Below are positions 25,332 through 28,806 of a stretch of 28,806 bases of DNA, piece after piece (positions within the stretch are counted from its first letter, which is position 1; each line of letters opens with the position of its first letter). Location of the stretch: the NCBI GenBank assembly GCA_035625575.1, contig DASPPF010000087.1, positions 1 to 28,806 on the forward strand, written 5' to 3'. A program made the position numbers and the translations under genes. The notes under the pieces are model-generated. The model was not told the origin of the DNA. It ran no database searches and saw only the letters and a program-made list of their open reading frames with translations. The stretch comes from Nitrososphaerales archaeon (GTDB taxonomy: Archaea > Thermoproteota > Nitrososphaeria > Nitrososphaerales > Gagatemarchaeaceae).

Positions 25332-25979
25332 TCAGAGCGCCCTGGCTTCGGCGCCCGTCCTCGTCGTCAGCAGCGTCGAGGAGACGGCCAGCATCCACAC
25401 GAGCACCAGTCCGATGAAGACGCGTTCGACGAGCCCGCTGACGTGCGAGAAGGCCCTCGGGGCGATTCCTGGCCCCAGGAAGAGGGCGGCCAGGGACACG
25501 AACCCGAGGACGGCAATGACGGATGCGTATCTCCCTACGTGCGCAAGCGACTGGTCGTTGCCGAAGGATCGTGACAGCGCCAGTTCGCCGAAGACTCCAC
25601 CCAGGAACGCGATTACTGCCACCACGAGATGGATGGTTCCGTGGACCGTCGGTGTTCCGCTCACGTCGGTCGGGAAGGCGGCCAGGACCATCGAACCCAC
25701 AGCCCACACTCCGATGAGGAAGTAGCCACGCCTGTATTCTGGCAGAGGCCTGACGGCTCTGGAGAGACCCAACAAGAAGAGGAGAGACAGGACCCCTCGA
25801 TTGATGAAATTGATCGCCATGATGTACCCGTACGGGCCCACAGCCAAGTCGCTCTCGGCCTGACTCAGCGGACTGTAGTGGGGCGGAAGCGACTGGACGA
25901 GGGCGTCCAGCGCGGCATAGAGAACGATGCCAACGATTGCCGCGAGGAGCAGGCTGCTCGCGCGCGAAGTAGAACTCAA
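25332..25979 (-). CDS. DUF998 family membrane protein
   Basis: Y......SDLA.GPYG.IM..NF, FPTD...H...H, GL.ER.F. About 6 TM. TTG start. Confidence 0.8.
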   Translation of the reverse strand: MSSTSRASSLLLAAIVGIVLYAALDALVQSLPPHYSPLSQAESDLAVGPYGYIMAINFINRGVLSLLFLLGLSRAVRPLPEYRRGYFLIGVWAVGSMVLAAFPTDVSGTPTVHGTIHLVVAVIAFLGGVFGELALSRSFGNDQSLAHVGRYASVIAVLGFVSLAALFLGPGIAPRAFSHVSGLVERVFIGLVLVWMLAVSSTLLTTRTGAEARAL

Positions 25980-26056
25980 CCTCTGATTTTCGGGGTTTTC
26001 GAGTCACATTGATAAGACAATCTGTCTGTCCACAAGTGAGCTGGAGGAGCGGTGGC

Positions 26057-26467
26057 GTGATTACTGGCGTGGGCTCCGTGGCCGTCCTGGTCAAGGACGT
26101 GCGCAAGTCAGCCGAGTGGTACCACGACAAGCTCGGCTTCGACATAGTCGGAATCGAAGGACACACAGTCTTCGTGAAACCGAAGGGGTCAGACTCGCTC
26201 ATTCATCTGTGTGGGAAGTGCGATGCCTGGGAAGACGACCGTCCGGGGGGAAGGACAGGGATCTGGCTCCGGTGCGGAAAAATCACAGTGCGGCGGGACA
26301 AGAAGACAGGAATCGTCACTCCGGCGAGCAGACCCGAAGACGTCGAAAGGACCTATCGGAAGTTGAAGCGAAAGGGCGTTGAATTCCTCGAGGAGCTCAC
26401 GACGACCAGCTGGGGCAAGTACGCGGTCCTGAAAGACCCAGACGGCAACCTCTTCGAGATTTCATGA
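26057..26467 (+). CDS. VOC / glyoxalase family protein
   Basis: V.V.VKD..KS..WY..KLGF, DVE.TY..LK.KGVEF, WG.YA...DPDGNLFEI. GTG at 26057 after GGAGG. Confidence 0.9.
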   Translation: MITGVGSVAVLVKDVRKSAEWYHDKLGFDIVGIEGHTVFVKPKGSDSLIHLCGKCDAWEDDRPGGRTGIWLRCGKITVRRDKKTGIVTPASRPEDVERTYRKLKRKGVEFLEELTTTSWGKYAVLKDPDGNLFEIS

Positions 26468-26556
26468 AGACCGTCCAGACCCCCGACCTTACTTAGTAGC
26501 GCCCACCAGACCACTGGAATTAATAAGACCTGGCGCCACTTGATTTCGCGTCAAGT

Positions 26557-27162
26557 TTGAAACCGACCGTCGACGGCGAGTCCGTTCCAATGAGCGAAAG
26601 GGACATGGGCGTCCTCAGAGTGCTCGAGGAGGAGGAACTGGCCAACTTTTCGTTCGAGGGCCTGAAGCGAAGGGTGGGGACGCACCCTGAGACTCTTTCA
26701 CGCGTGTTGAGTCGGCTGGAGGACCAGAACATCGTCGAGAGGGCGGAAGATGGCTACCGCGTCACGACGGCGGGCCGGGATCAGCTGCAGGTCCACCCGG
26801 CCGCGGCGTCCGCCGAGCGACTCACCCTCCTGAAGACGATGCTTCCACCGAACGGCAACCTGCAGACGGTCTTCGCCAACCTCCGCGGAAGGTGGTTCGG
26901 CAACCTGAGGTGGCTCGGCAACTCGCGGGGCGGAAGCGAGGTCGTGATGAAGTGGGTCACCGACGACGGCAAGGTGCAACTGGACGCGAGGTTCACGCCA
27001 GGCGAACTCACCATAGAGGCGAGGCTGCTCCACGGAAGGGAGCTCGCCAGCGCTGTGAGGTCGGCCTACCAGTTGCTTGCTCACATATCCCGGGCATACG
27101 CACGCCCCGCAAGCAGGGTCCTGCTCTTCGAGGCATCGCCCGCCCGTTTCACGCCGAACTAG
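26557..27162 (+). CDS. Winged-helix DNA-binding protein with uncharacterised C-terminal domain
   Basis: FSFEGLKRRVGTHPETLSRVLSRLEDQNIVER..DGY.VT is a wHTH. TTAATAA about 30 nt upstream. TTG start (alternative ATG 26589). Confidence 0.72.
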   Translation: MKPTVDGESVPMSERDMGVLRVLEEEELANFSFEGLKRRVGTHPETLSRVLSRLEDQNIVERAEDGYRVTTAGRDQLQVHPAAASAERLTLLKTMLPPNGNLQTVFANLRGRWFGNLRWLGNSRGGSEVVMKWVTDDGKVQLDARFTPGELTIEARLLHGRELASAVRSAYQLLAHISRAYARPASRVLLFEASPARFTPN

Positions 27163-27227
27163 CGTGACGGACTGGACAACCCACCCAGTCAACAAGTACG
27201 GGCACAAGCAACCTCCGGACGATTCGT

Positions 27228-28136
27228 ATGCAAACAAACAGTTCCGAATTTTTGCAGAGGTTTTCGGGCGCTATAGAGGACGTAGCTAGAAGCGCCTCCC
27301 CTTCGGTCGTCAGCGTCGGCGTTGACGGAAGGTCAGGCACCGGAGTCGTGGTCGACGGTGAGGGACACATCCTTACCGCGGGTCACGTGGTCAGCAGGCT
27401 GGAGCAGACGGAGGTCGGCACCAGCGACGGGAAGAAGCTGGTGGCCCAGGTCGTCGGAAGGAACCCCTACGCGGACCTCGCACTGCTGAAGGTGGAAGAC
27501 GCCAAGCTGGAGCCGATGGAGCTCGGGGATTCGAGCGGTCTGAGGGTCGGGCAGTTCGTGATGGCCCTCGCAAACCCGTTCTCGAGCGCCGTCAGCGTCA
27601 CCTCGGGCATAGTGACCGGGGTCAACAGGCCAATCGGGGGCTGGTGGAGGTTCTCCCTTCAGAACGCGATCGTGACCGACGCGAGGCTCAATCCAGGTTA
27701 TTCGGGCGGCCCGCTGGTCGACGCGAGCGGCAGGATGGTGGGAATGAACGTGGCCTACGTGAGCAACAGGGGGATCGCCGTGCCGGCGAACACCATCAAG
27801 AAATCGATTGAGAAGATGGCAAAGGGCGAGAACGTCAAGCGCGCGTACCTGGGAGTCGTGACGAACACGATCGAGCTGCCCGACGAGGTGGCAGCGAGGT
27901 CTGACGTGAACCAAGAATCGGCGCTGATGGTCTTCTCCGTCGAACCGGAGAGCGCGGCGAAGAGGGCCGGCATCAGACTCGGCGACGTCCTCCTCAAGCT
28001 GGGAGACAGCCCGCTCACGAGCGTCGAGGACCTCACGGGCGCCCTCGCCGAGGAGGCCATAGGCAGGAAGACCAGCCTCCTGGTCATGCGGGGAGAGGAG
28101 CTGAGGGAGCTCAGCGTGACTCCGGTCGCGAAGTGA
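27228..28136 (+). CDS. Cytoplasmic HtrA-like serine protease (S1C) with PDZ domain
   Basis: Triad TAGHVV / ADLAL / PGYSGGPL, GQFV.A..NP, PDZ (YLGV...SAAKRAGI..GDVL). No signal peptide or TM segment. Confidence 0.92.
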   Translation: MQTNSSEFLQRFSGAIEDVARSASPSVVSVGVDGRSGTGVVVDGEGHILTAGHVVSRLEQTEVGTSDGKKLVAQVVGRNPYADLALLKVEDAKLEPMELGDSSGLRVGQFVMALANPFSSAVSVTSGIVTGVNRPIGGWWRFSLQNAIVTDARLNPGYSGGPLVDASGRMVGMNVAYVSNRGIAVPANTIKKSIEKMAKGENVKRAYLGVVTNTIELPDEVAARSDVNQESALMVFSVEPESAAKRAGIRLGDVLLKLGDSPLTSVEDLTGALAEEAIGRKTSLLVMRGEELRELSVTPVAK

Positions 28137-28353
28137 GGCGTGGCACACGAGCTTTCCAGGATTCCCGGAACCCAATCCTCCGTCTCCTGTTCCGATTGAA
28201 CCGCTCCGCCCGAGACCCGCGCGAAGACCTCCCTTCGGCTGATTCTGCCCCTCTTCAGGGATACGCCTCGGTTCCCAGTCGAAAGAGCGGAATCCGCCCT
28301 CGACGCCACGGGAGCAGTTATTAGTCGAGGCTCTTCCCTCTGGACGAAAGTAG

Positions 28354-28584
28354 ATGACCTCCGCGTGCATGCTGATCCGGACCGAGGCGGGGAAATTCGC
28401 GAAGGTCGCTGACAACCTAGACCAGATACTCGAGGTGAAGAGGGCCTTCCCGGTCATAGGGCGGTTCGACGTCGTGGTGGACCTTGAGGCGGCCGACGCC
28501 AAGGTCCTGGCGAAGATCGTCATGAAGGTCAACAGGCTCGCAGGGGTGGTCTACACGGAGACGCTGCCAGAAGTGGAGGGCTAG
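28354..28584 (+). CDS. Stand-alone Lrp/AsnC ligand-binding (RAM) domain protein
   Basis: 76 aa, ACMLI.T..G, V....V.GRFDVV, V..TETL. No HTH. Confidence 0.88.
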   Translation: MTSACMLIRTEAGKFAKVADNLDQILEVKRAFPVIGRFDVVVDLEAADAKVLAKIVMKVNRLAGVVYTETLPEVEG

Positions 28585-28587
28585 AGA

Positions 28588-28806
28588 TTGAACCTGAACG
28601 CCTGCCTCCTGATCAAGACGAAGCCGAACATGACTCATGAGGTCCTGACCGACATGAGGAGGGTTAAGGGCGTAAGGAAAGCGTACGTGGTCTACGGCAG
28701 GTTCGACGCTGTGGCATTCATTGAAGGGCCCGACTACCCGGCTCTGAGGGAGCTGACGGCCAAGGTCAACGCGATCGACGGTGTTAGAAGCACCGAGACC
28801 CTCGCG
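28588..28806 (+). CDS. Second stand-alone Lrp/AsnC ligand-binding (RAM) domain protein, runs off the window
   Basis: Not in the ORF track. TTG at 28588 gives (M)NLNACLLIKTKPNMTHEVLTDMRRVKGVRKAYVVYGRFDAVAFIEGPDYPALRELTAKVNAIDGVRSTETLA, with no stop before the window end. Confidence 0.88.
   Translation, partial: MNLNACLLIKTKPNMTHEVLTDMRRVKGVRKAYVVYGRFDAVAFIEGPDYPALRELTAKVNAIDGVRSTETLA

Noticed and set aside
28225-28262. Minus-strand CTGAAGA...GAAG resembling a hammerhead core
   Set aside because: The required GAAA is absent (GAAG), and stems I and III cannot be formed convincingly.
1-28806. Numerous long overlapping or antisense ORFs in the ORF track (e.g. 415-1131, 2095-2730, 10632-11309, 22551-23483, 25243-26202, 27333-28532)
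   Set aside because: Arg/Pro/Gly-rich shadow frames of recognisable genes, expected from high GC3; no motifs.

Overview
High-GC archaeal chromosomal window. Gene content and order suggest a Nitrososphaerota/TACK-type lineage (inference, not searched). About 40 tightly packed genes. The core is an information-processing region: priS-gins51, the rpl10e-dph2-csl4-rpoL-tfs run, the srp54-pus10-rpl21e-rpoF-DUF655-ksgA-trmJ run, dph6, eIF5A, nob1, tfb and tRNA-Ala(CGC). The flanks carry accessory genes: MFS and ABC-2 transporters, a Nudix-pncB-pncA NAD salvage cluster, two HtrA-type proteases, a VOC protein, a wHTH protein and tandem Lrp/AsnC ligand-binding domains. The one clearly mobile-derived element is a solo tnpB (16924-18141, minus strand) with intact RuvC residues, no tnpA and no CRISPR array. 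The first 10 nt of its putative guide, preceded by the TCGAC that also sits just upstream of tnpB, recur inside pncB about 6 kb away. This is a post hoc match that could be chance. Other highlights are a CBS-pair protein fused to a C4HC3 RING/PHD-like finger, a PNPOx-like gene broken by an amber codon at a probable Trp position, and a Nudix protein with a degenerate Nudix box in front of pncB-pncA. TTG starts are about as common as ATG starts. All family assignments come from motif recognition by eye; no database searches were run.
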